Assembly (NCBI GenBank): GCA_030754995.1
Contig: JASLZG010000002.1
Coordinates: 11,867 to 51,663 of the forward strand
DNA: 39,797 nt
Source: Lentisphaeria bacterium
Lineage (GTDB): Bacteria > Verrucomicrobiota > Lentisphaeria > JABSQK01 > CAJWLW01
Reading direction: 5' to 3'
The notes under the pieces were generated by a model. The model did no database searches, was not told the origin of the DNA, and was given only the letters and a program-made list of their open reading frames with translations. Made by a program: the position numbers and the translations under genes. Shown here one piece after another: positions 23,468-34,255 of the stretch (positions are counted from its first letter, which is position 1; each line of letters opens with the position of its first letter).

Positions 23468-23523
23468 GTGTGAGCCTGGAGTGGCTCACACAAATTATCT
23501 GTAACGGGGATAGCCTGCCGCAA
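23468..23523 (-). promoter_or_regulatory. Candidate promoter of the secretin cluster followed by a perfect 9-bp inverted repeat at about +1
   Basis: On the minus strand: TTGCGG (23523-23518), an 18-nt spacer, then GATAAT (23499-23494). This is followed by GTGTGAGCC-N6-GGCTCACAC (23491-23468), and then the AAGGAG RBS. Confidence 0.3.
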
Positions 23524-23641
23524 GCGACAGCGCCAAAATTTCCCGTGATTACAGGTCGGACGGCAAAAGTACCGCAGCATACACGTGATTCCAAGCAGAT
23601 TTACCTGTTTTCTGGCTCTAACGGCAGGTCGTCAATTCTGG

Positions 23642-24619
23642 TCAAATTTCTTCCCAGCAGTCCCAAAGGCGACGCTGAAAGCCGCCGCCGATCGGCCGCG
23701 GGCTGCGCCAGATGCGGCCGCTGGAATAAGCGTCCGCCATAGCTTTTGGCACAGAGGCCTCCGCCGCCGTCACCTGCGAGGTCATCTCCGTCACCCGGGC
23801 GTGCATTTCACGCTCACGGGCCACCGCTGCCGCCCGCCGTATCTCGGCGTGCGCCTGCGCCACCTTCTCGTCGGCGGTCGCCTGGATTTCCTGCAGGTGC
23901 GCCCCGACATTGTCAACAATCTCGACGTGGTAAACATCGACCGACAGAATCTCATAGGCTGTTCCGCTGTCGAGACCGCGCTGGAGAATGTAAGCAGAGA
24001 TGGTTTCCGGCTTTTCGAGAATCTGTTTGTGCGAATCGGCTTTGCCGATGGCCGCGACAATGCCTTCGCCGACCCGCGCAATGATCGTCAGCGCCGTGGC
24101 GCCGCCAACCAGGCGATTGAGGTTGGTCCGCACCGTGATCCGGACCTTCGCCTCGAGGCGAATCCCGTCACGGGCTACGCCTTGAATCTGGCTGGTTCCC
24201 GGCGGCGGGCATTCCAGGGTGCGGGGGTTGACGCTGGTGTTGACCGCATCCATAACGTCGCGGCCGGCCAGATCGATCGCCGCAATCTGCCGAAAATCCA
24301 TCCCCAGGTCCGCCCGGTCGGCAGCGATCGTCGCCTCGGTCACGCCGGTCAGATTGCCGCCGGCCAGCACGTGTGCTTCCAGGTCGGATATGTCTATCTC
24401 AATGCCCGCCTGCGTCAAAGAGATTAAGTTGGCGACGACATAGCTCGGAGTGGCCGGCTGCCGCAGGCGTATCCTCATCAATGGCAACTGGATGAGCCCT
24501 ACTTCGGCATTCGAAGCGCGGGCGTTTATCCAGATGCCGAGATACGGCCCGAATACACATAGCACCAGTAGCACGGCGACTGCCGCGATCACCAGGATAG
24601 CGAGTAACAAAGGATGCAT
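23642..24619 (-). CDS. floA: Flotillin-like protein FloA (UPF0365/YqfA family)
   Basis: The protein is collinear with B. subtilis YqfA along its full length as remembered: LESHYLAGGNV versus LEAHVLAGGNL, AAIDLAGRDV, RITVRTNLNRLVGGA, ARVGEGIV and LDSGTAYEILS. Confidence 0.9.
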   Translation of the reverse strand: MHPLLLAILVIAAVAVLLVLCVFGPYLGIWINARASNAEVGLIQLPLMRIRLRQPATPSYVVANLISLTQAGIEIDISDLEAHVLAGGNLTGVTEATIAADRADLGMDFRQIAAIDLAGRDVMDAVNTSVNPRTLECPPPGTSQIQGVARDGIRLEAKVRITVRTNLNRLVGGATALTIIARVGEGIVAAIGKADSHKQILEKPETISAYILQRGLDSGTAYEILSVDVYHVEIVDNVGAHLQEIQATADEKVAQAHAEIRRAAAVAREREMHARVTEMTSQVTAAEASVPKAMADAYSSGRIWRSPRPIGGGFQRRLWDCWEEI

Positions 24620-24693
24620 TGTCTGTAGTGCCGTTTTGTCAGTTTCCGGCAGTGGCCTGGGGCCGTGCCGCAGTGTTTCCGAGTCGCGCCTTG

Positions 24694-26166
24694 TTACTCG
24701 CCGGAGCGGTAGTTCGGCGCGTCCTTGATAATCTTGATGTCGTGTGCATGGCCTTCACGCAGGCCGGCGAAACTCAGGCGGACAAACTCGCCCGTCCGCC
24801 GCAGGTCTGGAATTGTGCGGACGCCGCAATAGCCGAGCGCTGCCTGCAACCCGCCGACGAACTGGTTCAACACATGATCGAGTGTGCCGCGATACTGCAC
24901 CAGGCCTTCGACGCCCTGCGGCACCAGTTTGTCGGGATCGTCCACATCGCCATGGCTGTAGCGCTCACGGCTGCTGCTGCTGGCCTTCATCGCTTCGATA
25001 CTGCCCATGCCGCGGTAGACCACATAGGTCCGGCCCTGGTGCAGGATCTTTTCGCCCGGGCTCTCCTGTGTCCCGGCCAGGGCCGAGCCCATCATTACCG
25101 AGTCACCGCCCACTGCCAGCGCCTTCGGCACATCGCCGGAATGGCGGATGCCACCGTCGGCAATCACCGGAACATCGTCCGGCAGCGCGCTGGCGACGCG
25201 ATACACCGCGCTGAGCTGCGGCACGCCGACGCCGGCAATAACGCGAGTGGTGCAGATCGAACCGGGGCCGATACCGACTTTGACCGCATCGGCGCCGGCA
25301 TCGGCCAGATCCCTGGCCGCCTCGCCCGTGGCAATGTTGCCCGCCACCACATCCACACCGGAGAGTGTTTTCTTGAGCTCGCGCACCGTGGCGATGACGT
25401 TTTCCGTATGGCCGTGGGCGGTATCGATCACGATCGCATCCACGCCGGCGGCAACCAGGCGCTCGACACGCCCGTACTCATGCGGCCCGATTGCCGCTGC
25501 AACCCGCAACTGATGCTGCTCGTCACGGTTGATGCGCGAGTCGATATTGGAAATCAGGCTTTTGACATCGGCGAAGCTGTAAAGCCCGAGAAGATTGCCT
25601 TCGACATCGACAATCGGCAGTTTGCCGATCTTTTCTCTCGTCATGATCTCGTAGGCTTCGGTCAGTGAGGTGTCTTGTGGCGCGGTGATCGGCTGCGACG
25701 ACATGACTTCCGATACCGGCACATCGTATTCGCTCAGAAACTTGATGTCGCGGGCCGTCAGGATGCCGCACAGCCGGCCGTCGTCGTTGACGATTGGAAA
25801 GCCGGCAAACGTGTAGTTACGCTCTTCCTTCTCGCGGACCACGTCCGCCACCAGGATATCGTGGCGGAAGACGACCGGGTCCTCGATCAGGCCGTGCAGG
25901 AAGTTCTTGACGCGGCGCACCTCGTCGGCCTGTCGCTCAGCGTCGAGGTTGCGGTGCACGACGCCGATGCCGCCGGCCCGGGCCATCGCGATTGCCGTGT
26001 CGGCTTCGGTCACTGTATCCATTGCAGCGCTGACGAACGGCACGTTGATCTGTATCGACCGGCTGAAGCGCGACTTCACCGACGCCTCCTCCGGCATGAA
26101 ATCGGCATACTTCGTGCAGAACGAAACATCGTCGAAAGTCAGCCCGTCATCGGCGTACTTCGACAT
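24694..26166 (-). CDS. guaB: Inosine-5'-monophosphate dehydrogenase
   Basis: LTFDDVSF..., tandem CBS domains and the catalytic loop [11 protein letters not shown] are present. With the ATG at 26166 the protein is 490 aa, a typical length. The ORF extension to TTG 26289 would overlap the candidate promoter. Confidence 0.9.
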   Translation of the reverse strand: MSKYADDGLTFDDVSFCTKYADFMPEEASVKSRFSRSIQINVPFVSAAMDTVTEADTAIAMARAGGIGVVHRNLDAERQADEVRRVKNFLHGLIEDPVVFRHDILVADVVREKEERNYTFAGFPIVNDDGRLCGILTARDIKFLSEYDVPVSEVMSSQPITAPQDTSLTEAYEIMTREKIGKLPIVDVEGNLLGLYSFADVKSLISNIDSRINRDEQHQLRVAAAIGPHEYGRVERLVAAGVDAIVIDTAHGHTENVIATVRELKKTLSGVDVVAGNIATGEAARDLADAGADAVKVGIGPGSICTTRVIAGVGVPQLSAVYRVASALPDDVPVIADGGIRHSGDVPKALAVGGDSVMMGSALAGTQESPGEKILHQGRTYVVYRGMGSIEAMKASSSSRERYSHGDVDDPDKLVPQGVEGLVQYRGTLDHVLNQFVGGLQAALGYCGVRTIPDLRRTGEFVRLSFAGLREGHAHDIKIIKDAPNYRSGE

Positions 26167-26294
26167 AAACTCATGGATTGGGGTGGAAAGAGAAGAATCC
26201 ACAGGCAACGGACTTGCGACGGCCGTCTCAGGTTGGGGGTTGGAAAAACGCTCGGTTGTCCAGGCCTGAACAGTTGTCAGGCTATGCAATTTCT

Positions 26295-26322
26295 AATCTA
26301 TTCAAATCAGTTTGTTTTGCAA
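26295..26322 (-). promoter_or_regulatory. Candidate sigma70-type promoter of guaB
   Basis: On the minus strand: TTGCAA (26322-26317), a 16-nt spacer, then TAGATT (26300-26295). This implies a leader of about 120 nt. Confidence 0.3.
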
Positions 26323-26470
26323 CCCTTGCCGCGCATCGGTGTCACAGGCGGCCACCGCGGAGCCACTCGAGCGGAAGTTCCGAAAAGGCAGTGACAAACC
26401 CGTGTTCGTGAAATAAATTGATCAGCGCTTGAACGGAATCCCCGCCACCGCCGTCACCCTTTTTCTCGCC

Positions 26471-27322
26471 ATGCCAGCCGCACTGAACCACTATCATGTC
26501 CTCGGCACCAGTTCCTCGGCCTCCTTTCGGGAGCTCAAGAAACAGTATTTCCAGCGCGCCAAGGAGTGCCATCCGGACCTGCACGACGGCAGCGCCGCCA
26601 AGGAAGAACAGTTCAAGCTGCTGGCCCTGGCCTTCGAAGTGCTCTCCGACCCGCACAAACGCCAGCAGTACGACGCCACACTGCAGGCCTCGAGAGGCGC
26701 GCCGGTCGACCTCGAGCAGCACTGGCAGCCCTCCGGCCACAACTCGATCATGGACACCCACGCCGACGACATACTCGAAGAGCTGATCGTCGGCAACGAC
26801 GTACCACTGTTCGCCACGTTCCAGACACTCATGCGCGACCTCGAGTCGACGGAGAAGTTCGTCATCTTCCGCGAGGCGAAGACCGCTTTCCACGAGAATC
26901 ACATCAGCCATGCCTACCGGCTCCTCATCCGCCTGGTCCGCGTCAGTTCTTCGAATATCCTCTACCACTACTACCTGGCGCGCTGCGCCGAGCGCAAAAA
27001 GATGCCGGTACGCGCCGCCAGGCATTATCGGCAGTGCCTGCGAATCGGCAGTCGCCGCAGCCCGCCTCAACAACTCGCCCATGTCCACCAGCGCCTTCAT
27101 CGCCTGCGGCAGCGCAGCGGCCTTGTCGGGCGCATCGCCGCGTGGCTCCAACCACCCGATGACCACGTCATCATCGACAGCGAACGCCAGATGATCGACG
27201 AAGTGAGCCGCTCCATGGCGCGTCTGCTGAACAATCGCCCGGCCCGCGACCGCAATAAGTCGACCGCCGGTGACCGCATCAACTCGCGCCGGCTGCTCGG
27301 TAGCAAGCGCAAGCACAAGTAA
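26471..27322 (+). CDS. J-domain (DnaJ-like) protein without Zn-finger or CTD
   Basis: [33 protein letters not shown]...[21 protein letters not shown] contains the HPD motif. The remainder is unrecognised. ATG at 26471, with an alternative TTG at 26429. Confidence 0.75.
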   Translation: MPAALNHYHVLGTSSSASFRELKKQYFQRAKECHPDLHDGSAAKEEQFKLLALAFEVLSDPHKRQQYDATLQASRGAPVDLEQHWQPSGHNSIMDTHADDILEELIVGNDVPLFATFQTLMRDLESTEKFVIFREAKTAFHENHISHAYRLLIRLVRVSSSNILYHYYLARCAERKKMPVRAARHYRQCLRIGSRRSPPQQLAHVHQRLHRLRQRSGLVGRIAAWLQPPDDHVIIDSERQMIDEVSRSMARLLNNRPARDRNKSTAGDRINSRRLLGSKRKHK

Positions 27323-27344
27323 CCGAACACCTCACTTTCCCACG

Positions 27345-28739
<1,395 letters not shown>

Positions 28740-28852
28740 TCCGGTCAGCGACCAATGCAAAGGTCGTCGTGGGTGCATGAAACCCGTCTGCGGTCTTTGC
28801 GATCTTCGCGATCACGGTCCTTTGCACCGCTGACGGGCCCAGCCGGACATGC

Positions 28853-30133
28853 CTACCGCTTGCCGTGCTGGTGGTATGGGAAGTCGACATAGTCGAGAAT
28901 GTCCGCGACGTTTTTCCTCAGGTGATCCGGCAGTGACAGGCCATGCAGGATCCGCGACGGCGGTAGGCGCTCACGCAAGTCCTGCAGTTTGCACACTGTG
29001 ATCGCCTGAACCAGGTCAACGAACATCTCCTTGTCGTAGAGAAACGCCCCCGACATGGCGCGGCGCTCGAGGCGCTCGCCGTCAACGAATCTTGAAATGT
29101 CGATCAGGCTGCCGTCGTCTTCCTTCCAGCCCCAGTCCGAGAGCATGTCAGTCACCCGCTTCTGTCCGTCCCGGGCAAAGTGCGGCTCCTGCATGAGCTC
29201 GACCAGCGCCGTACCAAGTTCACTGTCTGCCAGCGCGTCCCGAAACTGTCCGGCATCTATTACCGCCGCCAGAAACTCCAGCGTCAGCCGCCGGTCAACA
29301 TCGAGAAAGAGCGAGGCGAACGCGGTCTGCACCGGGTACTCGATGCTGTCCGACGGTCCCACCGCCGGCCTCTCGATCCGGTCGTACAACGCCTCGCTCC
29401 AGAGTTCGCACGCGGCCTCGTTGAAGCCTTCCCACCAGATGTTGTCGACGACATTCTCACGAGCCACGATCGGCAGCAGATGATGCCAGAGCTCATGTTC
29501 GAGGGAGTCGACGAATTGCGCCGGGTAGCTGACCATGTAGTTGAGGTTCATGTAAATGTTGTGGGACCGCGGGTGGTACATTGCCGCCATGGTCGTCGAA
29601 TTCGTGCGGCCGAAATACCGCAGGCTGAGGTGGACCGGGATCTGCAGGCGCCCGGCAAAGTGCGCCTCGAGCGCCGCCGAGCCGGCCGCCGGAGGTGTCA
29701 CGAGTGCGGACAGAGCGTCGTCGAAGTGCGTTTCGAATGCCGCAAAATGATCATTGATCTTGCCGGTGAAGCGGCGCCGGCGCTTGAATTTCAGTGCCAG
29801 GAATTCCTGGTTCGCCATCGCCGTGCGGAAGACGCCGTAGTTTGCCTTATCCTGCTCGGACGTGCAGTTCCCGAGGCTGATATCACGGTTCTTGCTGTCG
29901 AACCAGGCGGCCAGTTCCTGGTGCCGCTGCCGCTGTTCCCGGCGCGACACGCGGTCCTCCTTTCCCGTCGCCGGCTCGATCGCCCCGGCCAGGTAGAGGA
30001 TCGCCGCCATCTGCGTGCGCACATCGCTGGCGAACGTTGCGGAGTCCGCAACCGCCGCGGCGACTGTGAAGAGTGTCAGAGCTGCCGCCGCCGTCAGCCG
30101 GCAACGGCGGCGGCTGGCAGGTTCATTTGGCAT
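28853..30133 (-). CDS. Secreted hypothetical protein with an HExxH motif (putative zinc metallopeptidase)
   Basis: The ATG at 30133 gives MPNEPASRRRCRLTAAAALTLFTVAAAVA, a signal peptide with a Tat-like Arg cluster. The motif is SLEHELWHHLLP. The gene overlaps the rny stop by 11 nt. The upstream part of the 552-aa ORF lies inside rny and is rejected. Confidence 0.6.
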   Translation of the reverse strand: MPNEPASRRRCRLTAAAALTLFTVAAAVADSATFASDVRTQMAAILYLAGAIEPATGKEDRVSRREQRQRHQELAAWFDSKNRDISLGNCTSEQDKANYGVFRTAMANQEFLALKFKRRRRFTGKINDHFAAFETHFDDALSALVTPPAAGSAALEAHFAGRLQIPVHLSLRYFGRTNSTTMAAMYHPRSHNIYMNLNYMVSYPAQFVDSLEHELWHHLLPIVARENVVDNIWWEGFNEAACELWSEALYDRIERPAVGPSDSIEYPVQTAFASLFLDVDRRLTLEFLAAVIDAGQFRDALADSELGTALVELMQEPHFARDGQKRVTDMLSDWGWKEDDGSLIDISRFVDGERLERRAMSGAFLYDKEMFVDLVQAITVCKLQDLRERLPPSRILHGLSLPDHLRKNVADILDYVDFPYHQHGKR

Positions 30134-31682
30134 ATTCCACGGAACGGGTCTCACGGACAACACACACTTTGATCTGGCCGGGATACTGCATTTCCGATTC
30201 GATGCGCTCCGCCAGGTCGCGGGACATGGCGGCGGCCTCGAGCTCGTTGATCTTTTCCGGCTCGACAATGACCCGGATCTCGCGGCCGGCCTGGACCGCG
30301 TAGCAGGCGTCAACACCCTCGTAGCTGTTGCCGATCTCCTCGAGCTGCTCCAGGCGCTTGATGTAGAACTCCGTGGTCTCGGAGCGCGCCCCCGGCCGGC
30401 TGGCACTGAGCGCGTCACAGACACTGACCAGGCTCGCCAGTGACGATTCCGCCGGAATCTCGTCGTGGTGGCAACCAACGCCGTTGAGCACGTCCTGGTC
30501 CTCGTTGGCACGCTTGAGGAAATCCATGCCGATCAACGCGTGCGAGCCCTCGATGTCATGATCGAGAGCCTTGCCGATGTCGTGGAACAGCCCCATGCGC
30601 TTGGCCTTCTCGACGTCGAGGTCCAGCTCCGCGGCAATCATCGCCATCAGCGCCGCCACTTCGATCGAATGCTGCAGGACGTTCTGCGAATAACTGTAGC
30701 GGAAACGCAGGCGCCCAAGGACTTCGACAACCTGATGCTCCACATCCGCAACCTTGGCGGCGTGCAGCGCGTCTTCACCGGCCTTGATAATCTCCTTGTT
30801 GATGTCCTCCCTGGCCTTCTCGACCACCTCCTCGACCCGCGTCGGGTGGATGCGGCCGTCCTCGACAAGCCGCTCCAGAGACAGCCGCGCCACTTCGCGC
30901 CGCACCGGGTCGAAACAGGTAATGACCACCGCGGACGGCGTGTCGTCGATCAGAACATTGACCCCGGTCGCCGCCTCGAACACACGGATGTTGCGGCCCT
31001 CGCGCCCGATGATGCGGCCCTTCATCTCGTCCGACGACAACGGGATGGTTGCGGTCGTGCGGTCGTAGGCGCACTCACCGGCGTACCGCTGCATCGCCTG
31101 GATCAGCAGTTTCTGCGATTCCTCGTCACAGGTGCGTTTGACTTCCTCCGAGTATCGGCGGATCATGGTGGCGCGCTCGGTGATCAGCTCTTTCTCCAAC
31201 CGCTGCATGAGCTGCACACGCGCCTGGTCGCGGGTCATGGCGCCGATCGCCTCGAGCTGGATCACTTCCTTCTTGATCATCTCGTCGAGGGAGGCTGATT
31301 TCCGCGTCACTTTCTTCTCATGGTCGAGACAGGCAAGCTCGCGCTTGTCGACGGTTTCGCCGCGCATCTGCATGAGGTCCATCTTGCGGTCGATATCGAC
31401 CTCGCGGTCCTTCAACTGGTTCTCGGACCGGGACAGTTCGAGACGGGTCTCCTTCGTCGATTTCTCGAAGTCCTCGCGAATCTTGATGCGCTCGTCCTTG
31501 GCAGCGACCTCCGCCTCCTTGAGAATGCGCGTAGCTTCGCGATCAGCTTGCTTCTTCAGGTTGTCGGCCAACACATTGGCGGCCTTGCCCGACTTTCGAT
31601 TCAGTATGTTGCAAACGACGTAACCGATGACTATACCGACAACACCGGCTATGATGGCTGCAATAGCTTGTTCTGGCATCAT
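30123..31682 (-). CDS. rny: Ribonuclease Y
   Basis: N-terminal TM helix, coiled coil, KH domain (GRIIGREGRNIR) and HD domain (HSIEVA...GLFHDIGK). 519 aa. Confidence 0.92.
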   Translation of the reverse strand: MMPEQAIAAIIAGVVGIVIGYVVCNILNRKSGKAANVLADNLKKQADREATRILKEAEVAAKDERIKIREDFEKSTKETRLELSRSENQLKDREVDIDRKMDLMQMRGETVDKRELACLDHEKKVTRKSASLDEMIKKEVIQLEAIGAMTRDQARVQLMQRLEKELITERATMIRRYSEEVKRTCDEESQKLLIQAMQRYAGECAYDRTTATIPLSSDEMKGRIIGREGRNIRVFEAATGVNVLIDDTPSAVVITCFDPVRREVARLSLERLVEDGRIHPTRVEEVVEKAREDINKEIIKAGEDALHAAKVADVEHQVVEVLGRLRFRYSYSQNVLQHSIEVAALMAMIAAELDLDVEKAKRMGLFHDIGKALDHDIEGSHALIGMDFLKRANEDQDVLNGVGCHHDEIPAESSLASLVSVCDALSASRPGARSETTEFYIKRLEQLEEIGNSYEGVDACYAVQAGREIRVIVEPEKINELEAAAMSRDLAERIESEMQYPGQIKVCVVRETRSVEYAK

Positions 31683-31712
31683 GCACCTTCTTTGTTCAGT
31701 TTTCCGATCAAC

Positions 31713-32291
31713 TCAATCACTCTCAAATTCAATAACCTGCGTGTCCGTGACCACCCGGGACACCGGCACATCGTGGGCCTGTCGCGGCAATTCGGTCACG
31801 ATCTGCCAGTCGTAGGCAATCGCGATGCGCAATCCGGTGACGTCCCGCAGCAACCGGTCATAGTGACCGCCGCCGCGTCCCAGTCGCGTTCCGTTCCGAT
31901 CAAAAGCCAGCCCCGGCACCAGCCATACCAGCTCACTGCGTCGCGTCGCGTCATCGATGGCAGCCAACTCTGCCGGCGGTTCGGCAATACCCATTTGCCC
32001 GGCTTGCAGCTTTGTCGCCGCGACGACGCCGACCATTTCGTAAGACCGGTGCGTCGTATGCCAGCGTGGCAGACACACCGCCTGCCCGCGGCGCCAGGCA
32101 GCCAGGATCACCGTTTCCAGGGTGATCTCCATGGCCATCGCGGCATAGGCCGCCAGCGGTCCGCGCTGCACCTCCGGCATCGCCGTCAGGCGCCGGCAGG
32201 TTGCTTCGCTTGCGCGGTCGCGCGTCGTCGCCGGCACTTCCTGCAGCCGGGCCGTCATCTCACGACGCCAGGTTTGTTTGTCCTTCGTCAA
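31713..32291 (-). CDS. 5-formyltetrahydrofolate cyclo-ligase
   Basis: The motif GLAFDRNGTRLGRGGGHYDRLL is present. The TTG start at 32291 overlaps rarA by 32 nt. An alternative ATG at 32258 lies 1 nt after the rarA stop. Confidence 0.85.
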   Translation of the reverse strand: MTKDKQTWRREMTARLQEVPATTRDRASEATCRRLTAMPEVQRGPLAAYAAMAMEITLETVILAAWRRGQAVCLPRWHTTHRSYEMVGVVAATKLQAGQMGIAEPPAELAAIDDATRRSELVWLVPGLAFDRNGTRLGRGGGHYDRLLRDVTGLRIAIAYDWQIVTELPRQAHDVPVSRVVTDTQVIEFESD

Positions 32292-33624
32292 CTTCGCCCT
32301 CTTTCTTTTGCTCCTTCAATGAGGCCCAGTAGTCCAGGCGTTCACGAATTCGCTGTTCATAGCCGCGGTTCACCGGTTCATAGTAAGTTGCCGGCACCGT
32401 CAGGTAGGTCTGCTCGGCAAGCGCCTCCGGGGCGTCGTGCGGATAGTCGTAGCCCTGGCCATGCCCCAGGCCGCTGGCGCCTTTGTAGTGGGCGTCACGC
32501 AAATACCCCGGCACCGGCTGTACGCGGTTCTCCCGGACATCCGCAATTGCCTTGTCGACCGCAACGTACGCGGCGTTGCTCTTCGGCGCCGTTGCACAGT
32601 AGGTGCAGGCCTGTGACAAAATGATGCGGGCCTCCGGCATGCCGATCATCTGCACCGCCTGCATCGCGCTGACCGCGACGTTGATCGCCCGCGGATCGGC
32701 GTTGCCAACGTCTTCCGATGCGAATATGACGATGCGCCGGGCAATGAAAACCGGATCTTCCCCTGCCTCGAGCATTTTCGCCAGCCAGTACACCGCCGCA
32801 TCCGGATCGCTGCCGCGCATGCTCTTGATAAACGCACTGATCGTATCGTAATGTCCGTCGTCGCCATAGGTCACCGCCTTCTGCTGCAGCGACTCCTGGG
32901 CCACCTCGCAGTCAATTGCTATGATCCCTGATCGCGAGTCCGGTTCAGTCGTCAGCACAGCGATCTCGAAGGCCGTCAGGGCGCGCCGTGCATCGCCTTC
33001 GCAGGCCTGGCACCAGAAGTCCAGGGCATCGTCGTCGATCTCGATGCGGTGATCCGGAAAGGCGCGGTCATCGTCGCAGGCGCGCATCAGCAGGCTGGTA
33101 ATGTCGGATGGCGCCAGGGCCCGCAACTGGAAAATCTGGGCGCGCGAAACCAGCGGCCCGACAATGTGGAAGAAGGGGTTCTCGGTCGTCGCTCCGATCA
33201 ACCGGATTGTGCCGTCCTCCACCGCCGGCAGCAGCACATCCTGCTGCGCCTTGTTGAAGCGATGGATCTCGTCCAGAAACAGAACTGTGCGACGATCCTG
33301 AACCTGCTGGCGGTAACGTGCCTGGTCGATACTGGCACGCGCATCCTTGACGGTCGCGCTGACTGCCGAAAGCCGGTCGAATTGCGCTTCCGTGACGTTC
33401 GCGATGAGCTCGGCAAGAGTCGTTTTGCCGACGCCGGGAGGCCCATAGAGGATGATCGAAGTGAAGCGGTCCGCTTCGATGGCGCGGCGCAGCTGGCGGC
33501 CGCGGCCAACGATATGATCCTGACCGACGTACTCGTCGAAAGACGCCGGGCGCAGGCGTGCTGCCAGCGGCGCATTGGTTGCCGGCAACGGGGCTGCCGA
33601 AGCAGCTGTGTCCTCGAACAACAT
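32260..33624 (-). CDS. rarA: Replication-associated recombination protein A (AAA+ ATPase)
   Basis: Walker A ILYGPPGVGKTTLA, Walker B LFLDEIHRFNK and the MgsA C-terminal domain (HYDTISAFIKSMRGSDPDAAVYWLAKM). ATG at 33624. Confidence 0.9.
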   Translation of the reverse strand: MLFEDTAASAAPLPATNAPLAARLRPASFDEYVGQDHIVGRGRQLRRAIEADRFTSIILYGPPGVGKTTLAELIANVTEAQFDRLSAVSATVKDARASIDQARYRQQVQDRRTVLFLDEIHRFNKAQQDVLLPAVEDGTIRLIGATTENPFFHIVGPLVSRAQIFQLRALAPSDITSLLMRACDDDRAFPDHRIEIDDDALDFWCQACEGDARRALTAFEIAVLTTEPDSRSGIIAIDCEVAQESLQQKAVTYGDDGHYDTISAFIKSMRGSDPDAAVYWLAKMLEAGEDPVFIARRIVIFASEDVGNADPRAINVAVSAMQAVQMIGMPEARIILSQACTYCATAPKSNAAYVAVDKAIADVRENRVQPVPGYLRDAHYKGASGLGHGQGYDYPHDAPEALAEQTYLTVPATYYEPVNRGYEQRIRERLDYWASLKEQKKEGEVDEGQTNLAS

Positions 33625-34255
33625 GTCGGTGTTATCCTCAACACCGATGACTGCCGGACGAACGACAACATCACATGTAAAACCCCGCAAACAGCGGGTA
33701 TGTCAATCGGCTGGGATCAGCCGCTGCGGACAGATATGACCCGGTGCCGTGCCGGTCCGACAGGGTGCCTGGTTAGTTGTCCGTGCCGCATTATCATGCG
33801 CTCAAGTGTCCCATTTCGCGACGCATACTGTATGGTAACGTATTGGCATAGAACATGTTGCGAAGTCCGCAAAAGTTCTGACGCGACGTCCATCCGGCGC
33901 TGTCGAGAGTTGTGGGGTGGCAGTTGGCGTATATGAATCGGTCAAAATACCCAGCATGGGATACATGTGTCAGCTTGTCGTTGGTCCAGTTGGTCATCGG
34001 ATGATTTGCAACTGGATTAATATGTAAAGGGCGATGCCCTGTGTTGAATAGACCGCTGAGGCGAACCCTCTGCGTCTAAGTACACTTACTTTATATGTCT
34101 CTGCACGATAGTCAACCGCTCGGGCCTCAAGAATCAGCCGGGGCCTGCGGCCAGCCATTGCATCGGCGGATATGGACAGACATAAACTACTGAATATAAG
34201 ACTGTTAGTTAAATAAGGACGGTCCGTGCCCTGGGCCGCGGAGCGGGGGGGGGGA

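Noticed and set aside
28853-30511. The full 552-aa ORF as listed in the track.
   Set aside because: Its first 126 codons lie inside the rny coding region in another frame and translate to Arg/Ser/Thr-rich sequence. The ATG at 30133 yields a proper signal peptide, so the gene was trimmed.
33794-33997. A 67-aa ORF in the large secA-rarA spacer.
   Set aside because: It has no Shine-Dalgarno sequence, its composition is atypical for this genome, and it has no recognisable motif.
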